A stretch of 64,000 bases of DNA from an uncultured delta proteobacterium (GTDB lineage: Bacteria > Desulfobacterota > Desulfobacteria > Desulfobacterales > Desulfosalsimonadaceae). The stretch lies in the NCBI GenBank assembly GCA_963826785.1, contig CAWGYD010000006.1:128001-192000 (forward strand), read 5' to 3'. This document shows, piece after piece, positions 10,554-21,133 of the stretch (positions are counted from its first letter, which is position 1; every line of letters starts with the position of its first letter). The notes beneath the pieces are model-generated. The model ran no database searches and was not told the origin of the DNA. It saw nothing but the letters and a program-made list of their open reading frames with translations. Both the position numbers and the translations under genes were made by a program.

Positions 10554-12065
10554 TTAAAAAGCGTATTCGAAGCTGGCGTAGAACAGGTTGTCGTCCTGGT
10601 CGGTTTCCTCGGGGGCGCCGTAGAGGCCTGCCATCAATGATTCGGTATATTCCCGTTCGATCCACTGATAGCCGGTCCTGAACTGGAGGCGATTGGCCAC
10701 CAGGGGCTGAATCCAGTACAGTTCAACGACATCCCCCCGGGTGTTGAGTTTCTGGTACGGATCGAGTGCGGCGATGTTCAAGCCTACCCAGTATTGGGAT
10801 CCCGTGAAATATTCCACCCCGATTTTAGGCTGCAGGAACTGCTCGGAAGCCACATTGTACCGCAACCCCGTATAGACGGCCCATCCGCTTTCATCATTCT
10901 GGTTATCCGTCGACACCAGGTACAGGTATCGGGTATAAGGCTGCAGATCCGGCGGCAGAATGGCCGGGTCCAGCACGCTGCCGTTTACCCGCACCTGCTC
11001 CCCGTTGGCATTTGACCGGCTCCAGCCCACACTGACGAAGAAATCAAGTGGCCAGTCAAAAATTCGCTCATTGTCCAGCTGCAATGTGTATTTATCCACA
11101 AACCCCAGGGAATCCGGAAACTGGATGCTGGCGATGGGCAGTTGATAAAATGCGATCATGTCGCGAATCAGGTCGTCTCCCGTCACCCGGATATTGTCCA
11201 CCCTGAGCCATTGAAACACCAGCCGGGAGTGATCCATGAAATACAGGTCCGAGTTGAGCTGGACCGCATAAAAATCAATGTCATCGAGCCCGTTGGGGTC
11301 GGACTGGAAGGGATACATGTCCGTATCGTCCTCGCTCCGGGCGTAGACCAGGTTCAAAGACTGGGCCATGGACTGATTGAAATAAAAAGACAGGGCCGCG
11401 CCGTCGGATTCCGCATTGAACGCCAGATCCGGGTAGGTGGTCTGGCTGGGGCGGTTATACCGGTACTTGGTCAGATATCCATCCGATGTGGGCAGCCGGC
11501 CGAAAGTCAAATTGACGCTTTGACCGAGCCAGTGGGGGCGGTAATCGACATAGGCCCGCTTGACCCGGATGCCGGCGTCGGAAGGTTTGGATGAATAATT
11601 GAAATCGGCGCTGCGGACGTCCTGGGGAGAATTCCACGCCCCCCAGAGCTTGTACATGGTGAGGGTGGAATTGAACTGGAGTTCTTCGGTGGGAATGGCC
11701 GAAAACTTCAGATCGAAATAATTCACGAAGGCATTGTCGTTGTTCTCGGTCCCGGTATCATTGTTCTTCCTTGTCAGCGCATAGTAGGAGGACCTGAGGT
11801 AGGCTTCGCTGGCCAGGCTGTATTTTTCAATGGTGCCGGTATCGGCCAGGGCCTGCTTGTAGACAAAGGCGATATTCTGTTTGAGCGTTTGGATCTGCTC
11901 CTGCTGCTCCTCAACCGTTTTTTTCAAATTCTCTATGTCCGCCTGCTGTCTTCGAATCACGGCCCCGGCCGAAGGCGCACCATTTTGCTGCGCCATACAG
12001 GGGGTGCTCAAAATCAGACTGAATAACAGGACGGTCAGAGCTATGCTTCTGGTGAAATGCTGCAT
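10554..12065 (-). CDS. DUF3373-like outer-membrane beta-barrel (porin) with N-terminal coiled coil
   Basis: Signal peptide, coiled coil, LTMYKLWG, VKRAYVDY, FGRLPTSDG, KIGVEYFTGSQYW, terminal YAF; GGAGGT RBS before ATG 12065. Confidence 0.8.
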   Translation of the reverse strand: MQHFTRSIALTVLLFSLILSTPCMAQQNGAPSAGAVIRRQQADIENLKKTVEEQQEQIQTLKQNIAFVYKQALADTGTIEKYSLASEAYLRSSYYALTRKNNDTGTENNDNAFVNYFDLKFSAIPTEELQFNSTLTMYKLWGAWNSPQDVRSADFNYSSKPSDAGIRVKRAYVDYRPHWLGQSVNLTFGRLPTSDGYLTKYRYNRPSQTTYPDLAFNAESDGAALSFYFNQSMAQSLNLVYARSEDDTDMYPFQSDPNGLDDIDFYAVQLNSDLYFMDHSRLVFQWLRVDNIRVTGDDLIRDMIAFYQLPIASIQFPDSLGFVDKYTLQLDNERIFDWPLDFFVSVGWSRSNANGEQVRVNGSVLDPAILPPDLQPYTRYLYLVSTDNQNDESGWAVYTGLRYNVASEQFLQPKIGVEYFTGSQYWVGLNIAALDPYQKLNTRGDVVELYWIQPLVANRLQFRTGYQWIEREYTESLMAGLYGAPEETDQDDNLFYASFEYAF

Positions 12066-12166
12066 GAAATACCTCCGGTTGATCAATAGGGAGAAACAAT
12101 GCCGTTTATAATATGCTGCTGTATTATTCCATTTCATATTCAGGAAAGTGCGATTGGAATAAATGT

Positions 12167-12661
12167 CTACTCCCAGACGCCGATGCCACCTTCAAGGGAT
12201 GTCCTTGAATTTCCGGCGTTGCGGAGAAGATAATCCATGATTTCGGCTTTCTGGCGGGGGGTGTCCCATTCGATGGGTTCGAAAATGGCATGGCCCTCCT
12301 GCTCGATGAGCAGCAGCCACTGCTTTTTCGTCTTGTCCGAAGCGGAGAAGTCTCCGGTTTTGTGGCACCCGGTAAAACAGACCGAGCGTTCAAATTCATC
12401 CGGGCGCAGTTCATGCGCCGGTTCGGCCGGTTCTTCCTTTACATGCACGGAAGGGGATAGGATTTCCAGATCCTGGTCGTCAAGCATTTCGATCTCTTCG
12501 ATTTTCCAACGGACCTGTGCCGTGGCCGCAGGGCTGGATGCCGCCAGCGATTCGTCATCAATCGGCCGCAGCGCTCGTGAGCGGGCCGGAAATAATATGA
12601 ACCCCGATAAAATCGCCAGGCAGATTAAAAGCTTCACCCCGGATCCGTTGCTGACTTTCAT
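12167..12661 (-). CDS. Exported monoheme cytochrome c-like protein with atypical CX3CH motif
   Basis: Signal peptide; CFTGCH followed by KTKKQW...H...W...IMDYL, resembling the small cytochromes c found next to DUF3373 genes. Confidence 0.65.
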   Translation of the reverse strand: MKVSNGSGVKLLICLAILSGFILFPARSRALRPIDDESLAASSPAATAQVRWKIEEIEMLDDQDLEILSPSVHVKEEPAEPAHELRPDEFERSVCFTGCHKTGDFSASDKTKKQWLLLIEQEGHAIFEPIEWDTPRQKAEIMDYLLRNAGNSRTSLEGGIGVWE

Positions 12662-12975
12662 GACGCTGGTGCCTTTTCAAATTAAAATTGTGCCATCCCC
12701 CCGAAAAAAAAGGGCATCTTCTTTTGAAATTACGGCCTGTTATCCATAATTTTAAATGTTTATATCAGAATCCTCCTAAAAAACAAAGTATAAAATGGGC
12801 CGTCAGCCGCGCGGACGTAGTGTTTTTACCGGGGCAAGCCAATATTTATTGCCTCCATGACTTGACCCCGAAAGTCCCATGATCAGGGGAACGGCAAATG
12901 GCGGATGATTCATCGGATGATATAGATAATCATTTTAAAAATCGGCTATATAGGAAAAGATCAACATTCTTTTTA

Positions 12976-13004
12976 TTGACAGCCGATTCGATTTTTATTA
13001 TTTT
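12976..13004 (+). promoter_or_regulatory. Sigma70-like promoter of cold-shock gene, giving a long 5' UTR
   Basis: TTGACA-17 bp-TATTTT about 180 nt upstream of the GTG start. Confidence 0.5.
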
Positions 13005-13186
13005 TAAGCCTGTACTCGGCTCTGTCTCTGTACGAACGGTCCGGGTATGGTACTGACTTTGATTAAGGTAGTTTCGGAGTTTTGTCCAATTTCGATCTTT
13101 CGCTTTTAAAGCGATGCCTCTGACAGCTTCCGAAGTGTCACCTACGAAGTTGTACGAAAATTACCAATGAAAGGAGGTGCTTTTTT

Positions 13187-13384
13187 GTGGAAGGTCGAGT
13201 GAAATGGTTCAACGAAAAAAAAGGATTCGGCTTCATCGAAACAGAAACACACGGCGATGTGTTTGTCCATCATTCAAATATTGAAGCCGACGGTTTCCGG
13301 ACCCTGAAAGAACTCGAAAGAGTATCCCTTGACGTGGAGAACACGCCCAAGGGACCCCAGGCCATCAAAGTCAGAAAGTTATAA
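13187..13384 (+). CDS. csp: Cold-shock protein (CspA family)
   Basis: GRVKWFNEKKGFGFI (RNP1), DVFVH (RNP2); AAGGAGGT RBS. Confidence 0.97.
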   Translation: MEGRVKWFNEKKGFGFIETETHGDVFVHHSNIEADGFRTLKELERVSLDVENTPKGPQAIKVRKL

Positions 13385-13405
13385 AGACGGCACTGATCCA
13401 GACGC

Positions 13406-13440
13406 AAAAGGCAGGTCCTTGAACGGACCTGCCTTTTTTT
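13406..13440 (+). terminator. Rho-independent terminator, probably bidirectional
   Basis: AAAAGGCAGGTCC-loop-GGACCTGCCTTTTTTT between convergent genes. Confidence 0.85.
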
Positions 13441-13444
13441 ATGA

Positions 13445-14776
13445 TCATTTTCCGCATCCACCGGGCCGGGCGGCATCATCTCGCCTCACCCCCTGTTTTT
13501 CCGGGGCGGCATCGGCCGGGCAGTTGCCGGCAATGGCCCAAACCAGCCGGACCAGCGCGACAAGATGCGGGCTGAACAATGACTTGCCGGTGGTCTGCAG
13601 TGAAACCGCGATATCCCGCTTCGGGTCCGCCCAGCAGAGAATATTGATAAATCCCACATGGCCGAACGCTTCTTCAGAAGACGGCCCCCACAATCCCACC
13701 GGCCAGGCACCCAGCATGAAACCGGCACTGTAGCGCATGGGAACGATCATGGTCCGGTCGATTCCCATGCGCCGGGCCGGCTGAACCGCGCATCGCACGG
13801 TACCGGGCGCAAAAATCCGGACCCCGTCGAGTTCTCCTTCATTGAGCAGCAACTGGAAAAACCGCGACATCTCTTCGGCCGTCGCATAGAGGTTGGCGGC
13901 CGGGATAATGGCCTGTTTGAACCGGGGATCATCGGCGATGTCCACCACCTCCCCCCAGGACAGGCTCAGTGCCCGCCGGGTAATGGCGGAGAGGGGAAAT
14001 ACCTGGGGCGGACCCGTGTCATAATTGTGCGCTGCTTTTTCCAGGTCCGCTGCATTTAAGCCATAATTGAAATAGTTGAATCCCAGCGGCTCCTGGACAT
14101 TTAGCCGGAGAAATTCGCGAAGGTTCATTCCGGTGACCCGGCGGACCACTTCACCCAGGATCGCCCCGCCGGTTACGGCGTGATAGGCGATCTGCATACC
14201 GCCGGCGGCCTTGGGTTTCAAATCGCAGATCAGCTTCACAAAGGCGTCCGGATCGAACAGGATTTCCGGATCGGCATCCGGCGGGGGGGCGGGAATGCCG
14301 CCCTGATGGGAAATCAGCTGATAAATGGATGTCTCCAGTTTGCCATGGGCGGCAAATTCCGGAATATACCGGGCCACCGGATCCAAAAGCCTTACCTCAC
14401 CCCGCTCGGCAAGCAGGTGGATCATCATGGCGGTGACCGCTTTGGATGCTGAATACTGACAGACAGGCGTATCCGGCGTGATGAGCACCTTTGGCGCATC
14501 AATCGGATCCTTGGGGCCGTTTCCCCGGCTGTGTCCGATGGCCCGGTTCATCACGATCCTCCCCCGCCGCCGCAGGCAGAAGGTAATCCCGGGATGGATG
14601 CCGGTCTGGTAAAGGGCGCAAATTTTGGCCCAGATTTCCGCCACCCCTCCGGCCGTCATTCCCACTTCTTCCGGATCCGTCTCCTCGAAGTCGTTTATGG
14701 TGGATACGGCCAAGAGATCATCCGGGACCCGGATGGACCGGCATACGCTTCTTTTCATCGATTCAATGATCTTCAT
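13445..14776 (-). CDS. Serine hydrolase, beta-lactamase-related (LipE/EstB-like esterase)
   Basis: SxxK (YSASK), LLDPVARYIPEF, YHAVTGG, AFGHVG. Confidence 0.9.
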   Translation of the reverse strand: MKIIESMKRSVCRSIRVPDDLLAVSTINDFEETDPEEVGMTAGGVAEIWAKICALYQTGIHPGITFCLRRRGRIVMNRAIGHSRGNGPKDPIDAPKVLITPDTPVCQYSASKAVTAMMIHLLAERGEVRLLDPVARYIPEFAAHGKLETSIYQLISHQGGIPAPPPDADPEILFDPDAFVKLICDLKPKAAGGMQIAYHAVTGGAILGEVVRRVTGMNLREFLRLNVQEPLGFNYFNYGLNAADLEKAAHNYDTGPPQVFPLSAITRRALSLSWGEVVDIADDPRFKQAIIPAANLYATAEEMSRFFQLLLNEGELDGVRIFAPGTVRCAVQPARRMGIDRTMIVPMRYSAGFMLGAWPVGLWGPSSEEAFGHVGFINILCWADPKRDIAVSLQTTGKSLFSPHLVALVRLVWAIAGNCPADAAPEKQGVRRDDAARPGGCGK

Positions 14777-14798
14777 GAAATATCCGGCTCCGAAGCGG

Positions 14799-16028
14799 TC
14801 ATGCGCTGTTTTTTAAAACATGCATTTTATAGAGCAGGCTGTATCCGAAGGCTTTCAACAGCGCCTGCCGGTAGGTTATTTCCCCGGTGGTGAAAGGAAT
14901 GAACAATTCCCTGACTTTGCGATACTGCAGAAAAAGATACATCGACGGAAACCGTTTAAACAACCGGTGAAAGCGCGACGCATACACCAGTTCCGGTATG
15001 ATGGTCCGCTCACACAAAGCGCTGTAGCCTGGCCTGTATTCAAGTCTCGTCCCGTTCGCCCCTGCGTTTAAGTTCGCTGCGACCGCCCGGTGCACCAGAT
15101 CCGCACTGGACAGCGCGTAATAGATCCCCTCGCCGGTCCAGGCGTCCGCAAATCCGGCGGCATCCCCTATGATAAAGACATTCTGCCGCTCCAGCATCCG
15201 CCGGCGCCCCGGGGTGAACAGCGGGATGGGGGCTGCGCCGATGCGGCTCCATCGGATCGGATCGGGGGAAATCCGGCTTAAAAGCGCTTCAAGCTGCCGG
15301 ACCGGGGCGGCACTCGATATGTTTTTCGCCCAATTGCCGTCTGTCCTCCCGTCGGCACCAATAACCACCCCGACGTTGAACCGCGCCTTTCCGGGAAACG
15401 CCCAGCCATAGAGCACCGGCGGCTTCATCTGGAAAAACAGATGGCAGGTTCGGGGATCAAGCGATGCCAAGGCATTCTGCGCCACGTCGCACTCGACGCC
15501 GAACATCATGGGCAAATCCTTAACGGGCCGGCCCGCCTCGAGCGTGAGCTGCTTGTGCACCCGGCTGTAATAGCCGTCCGCCCCGATCAGCGCCCGGGCC
15601 GCATAGGCGGAATTGTCGGTGACCACCTCGATCCGGTCCGCCCGATGCCGGCTGTAGCGGACAAAGGCTTCAGAGGTCTTGAAATGCACGCCTTTTCGGA
15701 CCGCTTCTTCGGCCAGAGCCCGGTCGAATGCCCCCCTTTTCACCGTAACCATGAAATCATTTCCGGATTTCATGGTGCAGCTTCTTTTAGAAGAGCAGAA
15801 GTACATGGCCAGGTCGCGAACCGGCTGCTCGACGGGGATGCGCTCAAAACAGCCGGAGCGTTTAAGCAAGTCTACGGTACGACGGGTCAGGCCGCCCCCG
15901 CAGCTCTTGCCGCCCGGGGCCGGCTTTTTTTCCAGCAGCAGCGTCGACAGCCCGCTTCCGGCGCATTGCATGGCCGCCATGCTGCCGGCCGGACCCGCCC
16001 CGATGATGATGACATCATATTGTTTCAT
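14799..16028 (-). CDS. Geranylgeranyl reductase family FAD-dependent oxidoreductase
   Basis: DVIIIGAGPAGS, KSCGGG, IGADG, YGWAFP, IGDAAGFADAWTGEGIYYA. Confidence 0.9.
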   Translation of the reverse strand: MKQYDVIIIGAGPAGSMAAMQCAGSGLSTLLLEKKPAPGGKSCGGGLTRRTVDLLKRSGCFERIPVEQPVRDLAMYFCSSKRSCTMKSGNDFMVTVKRGAFDRALAEEAVRKGVHFKTSEAFVRYSRHRADRIEVVTDNSAYAARALIGADGYYSRVHKQLTLEAGRPVKDLPMMFGVECDVAQNALASLDPRTCHLFFQMKPPVLYGWAFPGKARFNVGVVIGADGRTDGNWAKNISSAAPVRQLEALLSRISPDPIRWSRIGAAPIPLFTPGRRRMLERQNVFIIGDAAGFADAWTGEGIYYALSSADLVHRAVAANLNAGANGTRLEYRPGYSALCERTIIPELVYASRFHRLFKRFPSMYLFLQYRKVRELFIPFTTGEITYRQALLKAFGYSLLYKMHVLKNSA

Positions 16029-16047
16029 TTCGATGATCCACGACGGA

Positions 16048-17679
16048 TTATACCCGAAGCACCTGCCCCGCCCGCATTGATTGGATGTAGCGGCCGTTTT
16101 CCACCACCTGGGTGCCGTTGATAAAAACATCCCGGATGCCCCGGGGCCGGCCGGCGGGCCGGGTGCCGGCCGCAGGGGTTTCATCGATGCTGGCGGCATC
16201 AAAAATCACCACATCCGCCTTTTTTCCGGCGGCCAGCACGCCCCGGTCCTTGATGCGAAAGCGGTCCGCACTGGCCGAGGTCATCCGGCGCACCGCCTCC
16301 GGCATGCCGATGAGTCTTCGCTCCCGGACATAGCGCCCCAGGATTTTGGGAAACGTTCCCACGGCCGCCGGATTGGGCCAGCCACCGTAGCGGGTGATGG
16401 CATCGGTCATAAACAGGCACAGGTCATGGGAGAGGACCGCTTCGAGCGCTTTTTCGTTTCCGGGCGCGCCGCTGTACCCGTGCAGCAGGGCCACGGCCTG
16501 GCCGCGGGTCTCTTCACTCAGCCGCATCATGGCCTCAAACGGCGTGACCTTCCATTTGGCTGCAATCTCGTGAAAAAAATACCCGTTGAGGGATTCAAAA
16601 ATCCCGGCGCCCCCGTCCATGAGCTGCAGGTCCCTGTAGGAGAATCCCACCAGGGAAAACCCCAGCTGCAGTTCCGCCCTGAGCACCGCCCGGGCCCAGG
16701 CGCTTTTGTATTTTTCAGGAAGTCCGGCCAGAAACCAGTAGGGAAGGATCACGTTGACGGTGGTATTTCCGCAGGTATAGGGAAAGGCATCAAACATGAT
16801 GTCGAGGCCATTCTGGCGCTCTTTTTCGATGATCTCCAGGCAGGCCCCGGCCGTGGGCCAGGTCCGGCGGCCCACGAAGATCAGGTGGGAGACCTGCAGG
16901 CGTACGCCGGTATGTTTCGCCACGGCAATCATTTCCTTCAAGGCCCGCACATTGTGAGCCTTCAGGTAGGTGACCGGGTAGGTGGGGGAGAGCCGGCTCA
17001 ATGCCTTTAAATGAACCGTCACCAGCTTATCCGCTTCTGCCGCCACTTTGCAGAAGGCTTCCAGTTCATCCATGGGGGAGTACATGCCCGGGTCGTACCC
17101 CAGCCCGAAGCTCAACCCGCAGGCCCCCGCATCCAGCGATTCTTTCAGCGCCCCCAGGCAGGCATTCATTTCATCGGCGGGCAAGGCGCCCCTCGGCGTA
17201 TCGGCGTGGGCGAAGCGGATGGAGCCGTGCCCCACCAGATGGGCCGTATTTACCACCGGGCGGGTGTTTTCCACGTGCTCAAGATACGCTTCCATGGTAT
17301 CCCAGTGATAATCCAGCGGCCGGTCCACCATGAGGCTGAAATGGTCCATGCCGGCAAGCCGGCGGGTCCGGTCCGTGACGGGTGCCGGTGAAAACCCGCA
17401 GTTTCCCCCCACGATGGTCGTTACCCCCTGCTCCAGGAGACACTTTAATGCGATGTCATGATCCTCGAGCGGCAGCACCCAGTCGGAATGGGAATGCATG
17501 TCGATAAAACCGGGAGCGACGCAGAGACCGGCCGCATCGATCACCTTGTCTGCGGCCGGCGGTTCCCGGCCGATGATGATCGTTGAAATTACATCCCCCT
17601 CAATCAGCAGGTGACCGTCCACGGGCGTCGCCCCGGTTCCGTCGATGATCCGTCCGTTTCTGATCAGCATCGTTTTCAC
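16048..17679 (-). CDS. N-acyl-D-amino-acid deacylase family amidohydrolase
   Basis: APGFIDMHSHSD, QGVTTIVGGNCGFS, GTFPKILGRYVRE, GKKADVVIFD. Confidence 0.92.
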   Translation of the reverse strand: MKTMLIRNGRIIDGTGATPVDGHLLIEGDVISTIIIGREPPAADKVIDAAGLCVAPGFIDMHSHSDWVLPLEDHDIALKCLLEQGVTTIVGGNCGFSPAPVTDRTRRLAGMDHFSLMVDRPLDYHWDTMEAYLEHVENTRPVVNTAHLVGHGSIRFAHADTPRGALPADEMNACLGALKESLDAGACGLSFGLGYDPGMYSPMDELEAFCKVAAEADKLVTVHLKALSRLSPTYPVTYLKAHNVRALKEMIAVAKHTGVRLQVSHLIFVGRRTWPTAGACLEIIEKERQNGLDIMFDAFPYTCGNTTVNVILPYWFLAGLPEKYKSAWARAVLRAELQLGFSLVGFSYRDLQLMDGGAGIFESLNGYFFHEIAAKWKVTPFEAMMRLSEETRGQAVALLHGYSGAPGNEKALEAVLSHDLCLFMTDAITRYGGWPNPAAVGTFPKILGRYVRERRLIGMPEAVRRMTSASADRFRIKDRGVLAAGKKADVVIFDAASIDETPAAGTRPAGRPRGIRDVFINGTQVVENGRYIQSMRAGQVLRV

Positions 17680-17713
17680 GGAAGTCTCCTCTGTTTAGTG
17701 AAAATTCAATATA

Positions 17714-18187
17714 TTATCCGCAGCCGTTGGTGGGATCGCCCTCCGCCATCATTTCGCGCAAGACCGCTCTTTCCGGCTCCCCGGGCAGAAACCCCGAAAG
17801 TTCGGCTTCCATCACCACGATGCCATCCTGATTGGTCAATACGGCCTCTGCCGCCGCCGAGCGGTTCCGATCCACCCGGGTTATCACCATTTCGCAGCGG
17901 ATGGTCTCTCCCGGGTAGACCGGACGCTTGAACTTAAACGCCATGCCCGTGGCCAGCCACCCCACCTGCCCGCCGATTTCGGTGATCATGGAACCCACCA
18001 GCAGCCCGTGGCAGATGGTGCCCTCAAACTTCTTGGCACTGGAAAACCGATCGTCGAAATGAACCGGGTTATAGTCCCTCGTGATCCTTGCAAAAACCTC
18101 CGTGTCCGGGCGGTCAAATGTCCGGGTCAACACGAACCGGTCCCCCGGCCGGATCCCCTCCACCGCTTTTCTTCTCAAGGCGGTCAA
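17714..18187 (-). CDS. MaoC-family (R)-specific enoyl-CoA hydratase
   Basis: DYNPVHFD, ICHGLL, FKRPVYPGETI. Confidence 0.9.
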   Translation of the reverse strand: MTALRRKAVEGIRPGDRFVLTRTFDRPDTEVFARITRDYNPVHFDDRFSSAKKFEGTICHGLLVGSMITEIGGQVGWLATGMAFKFKRPVYPGETIRCEMVITRVDRNRSAAAEAVLTNQDGIVVMEAELSGFLPGEPERAVLREMMAEGDPTNGCG

Positions 18188-18219
18188 AAAGCTGCTCCTC
18201 TTTTTTACAGATGATAAGC

Positions 18220-18936
18220 TCAGGAATGGGTGAGCCGCTTCATGAATTTCATGAATTCGCGCTTCTCATGGGCCATGGCTTCGGACAGCGTCGCCTGGTT
18301 CCGGAATTCAATGGCATCCTTCACCAGGGGCAACATTTCGGAGTTGGCGGCGCAGATATGGGCAGCGATCTGCTTCACCCGGGGGATCAGCATTTCCGGG
18401 GCGACCACTTCGTTTACCAGTCCCCAATCGAAGGCGGTCTGTGCGGTGATGAACTGGCAGGTGAGCGACATCTGCTTGGCCCGGCGCTGGCCGATGGCCT
18501 GCTGGAGCAGCTGGGTCATCCCCCAACCCGGATGAATCCCCACCCGGGCGTGGGTGTCTGCAAACGAAGCGTTTTCGGAAGCGATTAAAAAATCGCAGTT
18601 TAAGGCCAGTTCGAATCCGCCGGTAATGGCATGACCGTTGACGGCGCCGATGAGGGGCTTTTGAAATTTCGCCAGGATATCCAGCAGGTCGGAGCCGTCT
18701 CCACGGGGGTCGAACAGGTTTTCCTTTAATAGTACTTCCAGATCGAGACCGGAGCAGAATGATTTACCGTTTCCGGTAAGAACAGCCACCCGCACCTGCG
18801 AATCGGCCGCCGCAGCCTCCAGGTCATCATAGAGATGGGTCAGCAGCGCCTGGTTGATGGCATTGCGGCGCTCCGGCCGGTTCAGGGTGATCCACGCCAC
18901 CTGGTCTTCCACCTGATATAAAACCGGGGTTTCCAT
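18220..18936 (-). CDS. Enoyl-CoA hydratase/isomerase (crotonase)
   Basis: ITLNRPERRNA, FCSGLDL, KPLIGAVNGHAITGGFELAL. Confidence 0.95.
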   Translation of the reverse strand: METPVLYQVEDQVAWITLNRPERRNAINQALLTHLYDDLEAAAADSQVRVAVLTGNGKSFCSGLDLEVLLKENLFDPRGDGSDLLDILAKFQKPLIGAVNGHAITGGFELALNCDFLIASENASFADTHARVGIHPGWGMTQLLQQAIGQRRAKQMSLTCQFITAQTAFDWGLVNEVVAPEMLIPRVKQIAAHICAANSEMLPLVKDAIEFRNQATLSEAMAHEKREFMKFMKRLTHS

Positions 18937-18960
18937 TTTCCCTCCTGTAAGTCCGTCCGT

Positions 18961-19509
18961 TCAATTCTTTTGATTCTCCGCCGCATCTGCCGGTGCGCTC
19001 AGGTGAAACTCCTTTTCCACCAGCTTGCGGCCATCGTACCACAGTTCCATCTTCCAGGCTCCCGGAACCAGTTCATAAGGCTGCTCCAGGACATACCCCT
19101 GGATATAGTTGATAATCCCGAATGAATCCGTTCTTTTTTTAACCACCCGCGAATACCCGGTGGATGTCTTGCCGTCCGGCATCGTCATTTCCGGATAGGC
19201 ATAGACCTCCTTTAAATCGATTAGCTGGTTAAACGGCAGCCCCACGACCAGGTACTCGTAGCCGAAGGTTTTGCCGATTTCGGCGGTCACCTGGTCCGTT
19301 TCCCCGATGATTTTCATCCCTTTTGCATTTACGCTGGTTCCGCTCGGCGTGGATGGATCTTTCACCCGGGTGGCGGACTCGGTATTGATCGGCCCGAAGG
19401 TGACGATTTTTGCAGATATGGACTCCCCTTCCGCCTGCACTTTTGCGGCCCCGGTGACGATAAATATCATCATGACCAGCCATGCCATTTTTTTCATGCG
19501 AAATTTCAT
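18961..19509 (-). CDS. Exported DUF3859-like protein
   Basis: Signal peptide; C-terminal YELVPGAWKMELWYDGRKLVEKEF; AGGAGA RBS. Confidence 0.7.
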   Translation of the reverse strand: MKFRMKKMAWLVMMIFIVTGAAKVQAEGESISAKIVTFGPINTESATRVKDPSTPSGTSVNAKGMKIIGETDQVTAEIGKTFGYEYLVVGLPFNQLIDLKEVYAYPEMTMPDGKTSTGYSRVVKKRTDSFGIINYIQGYVLEQPYELVPGAWKMELWYDGRKLVEKEFHLSAPADAAENQKN

Positions 19510-19786
19510 TGTCTCTCCTTGATTTTTTCGTTCATCCGATTTCAAGTCTTAAAAACACCGGTACAAATAATAGCAATTTCGATAATTTAAAAGGATACTA
19601 CCTGTAACCGGCGCTTGAAAAACTCACTTTCTTGTTGGTTATGAATTCTTTTATCGGTATTTATAACTGATCACAATAGAGAATCTCAAGGCTTTGCAAA
19701 TCGGATACCGGGCCCGGACAACCACTTTAAAATATGGGTTTGATCGGGCCGAAACACAATCGCCCGGGAATAAAGGAGAACTGAAA

Positions 19787-20461
19787 ATGGATATCATGGA
19801 AGCGATTTTCAGCCGAAAAAGCATCAGGGGATACAAGAAAGATCCGGTCAGCCGGGAGGTGATTTCTAAAATCCTGGAAGCCGCAGTGCGCGCGCCTTCG
19901 GCCATGAACACTCAGCCCTGGGAATTTTTCGTGATCACCGGAGACATCCTGGAAAAGATCAAGAAAGGACTGGTGGAAAAACTGGCCGCCGGCGCCCCCA
20001 TGAACCCCGATCACCTGGTGGTGGGATGGCCGCAGGACAGCATCTATCGCCGGCGGCAGGTGGATTTGGCCAAGCAGCTGTTTACGCTGATGAATATCGC
20101 GCGCGAGGACAAGGAAAAGCGGGCCGAGTGGCTAAAGCGGGGTTTTCGCTACTTTGACGCGCCGGTGGGGATTATCGTGGTGACAGACCGGACCCTCAGT
20201 GAGTCCGGCCCCCTGTTTGATATCGGTGCAGTCGTCCAGACCCTTTGCCTGGCAGCGCTTGAACACGGTCTGGGCACTTGCATCGAGGATCAGGCCGTAC
20301 TCTACCCGGAGGTCTCCCGGGAACTGGCGGGGATTCCCGATTCCAAACGCATCATGATCGCCGTTTCCCTGGGCTATCCGGACCCGGATTTTCCGGCAAA
20401 CCAGGTCCGGAGCGAGCGCGAACCGGTGGACAAAATCAGCACCTGGGTCGGATTCGATTAA
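19787..20461 (+). CDS. Nitroreductase family protein
   Basis: RKSIRGY, APSAMNTQPWEF, FDAPV, LGYP; AAGGAG RBS. Confidence 0.93.
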   Translation: MDIMEAIFSRKSIRGYKKDPVSREVISKILEAAVRAPSAMNTQPWEFFVITGDILEKIKKGLVEKLAAGAPMNPDHLVVGWPQDSIYRRRQVDLAKQLFTLMNIAREDKEKRAEWLKRGFRYFDAPVGIIVVTDRTLSESGPLFDIGAVVQTLCLAALEHGLGTCIEDQAVLYPEVSRELAGIPDSKRIMIAVSLGYPDPDFPANQVRSEREPVDKISTWVGFD

Positions 20462-20610
20462 AAGACGCCCCAGGCGTACCGGGTAATCGCATACTGGCGT
20501 ATACGTTCATTTTTCCTCGCCGGGGCCCAAATGATTTTCTTTGCGCCCCGGCGAGCGCATTTTGATTTCAAAGGATGAAAAACCGGGGGTAAACGGACAA
20601 CCGCAGTTGA

Positions 20611-20994
20611 CTATTCGCCGGCACCGATCAGCGGCAGTTCCTTGTCAATTTTAAAAAATACAAGGTATCGGGGTCCTTTCTGGGCGTCATCAGCCGGGTC
20701 GGGGCATCTGCGCCGGACTTGATCGAGCAGTTGCGTATCCTTTTCTTCCCGCAGTTTGGTCAAAAAGAACCGCTTCCCCTTGTATCCCGGACCCTCCTCC
20801 TTGAACAGGTAAGCCGCATGGGGATTGGAATTAAGATTGGCATGACTCAGCCGATCACGCATGACCATGGCCACGCTGCCGTCATCCATCAGGTGAGGGC
20901 GGGCATAAACCGCCACATCGACTTTGCCGTCACTGTCCGACGTGGCCAGCACGCCGGTGCCTTTCGTGTTCTCAAAGTAGTCTTTCAGGGTCAT
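20611..20994 (-). CDS. Pyridoxamine 5'-phosphate oxidase-like FMN-binding protein
   Basis: GVLATSDSDGKVDVAVYARPH, NLNSNPHAAYLF. Confidence 0.85.
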   Translation of the reverse strand: MTLKDYFENTKGTGVLATSDSDGKVDVAVYARPHLMDDGSVAMVMRDRLSHANLNSNPHAAYLFKEEGPGYKGKRFFLTKLREEKDTQLLDQVRRRCPDPADDAQKGPRYLVFFKIDKELPLIGAGE

Positions 20995-21133
20995 GGCATC
21001 CTCCTGCTATCGCCGTTTCGATTTATCTTTTCGGGCGTCCGAACGTCATATCTAATTAGAAACAAGATAGACACGATTGCGCCGTATGCAATGATACGAC
21101 TACTAATAAAGGAAGATGCCGCTGCGGGTCGAC

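Noticed and set aside
13385..13440. c-di-GMP-I riboswitch suggested by GACGCAAA
   Set aside because: No P1/GNRA architecture; lies 3' of a gene and is explained by the terminator
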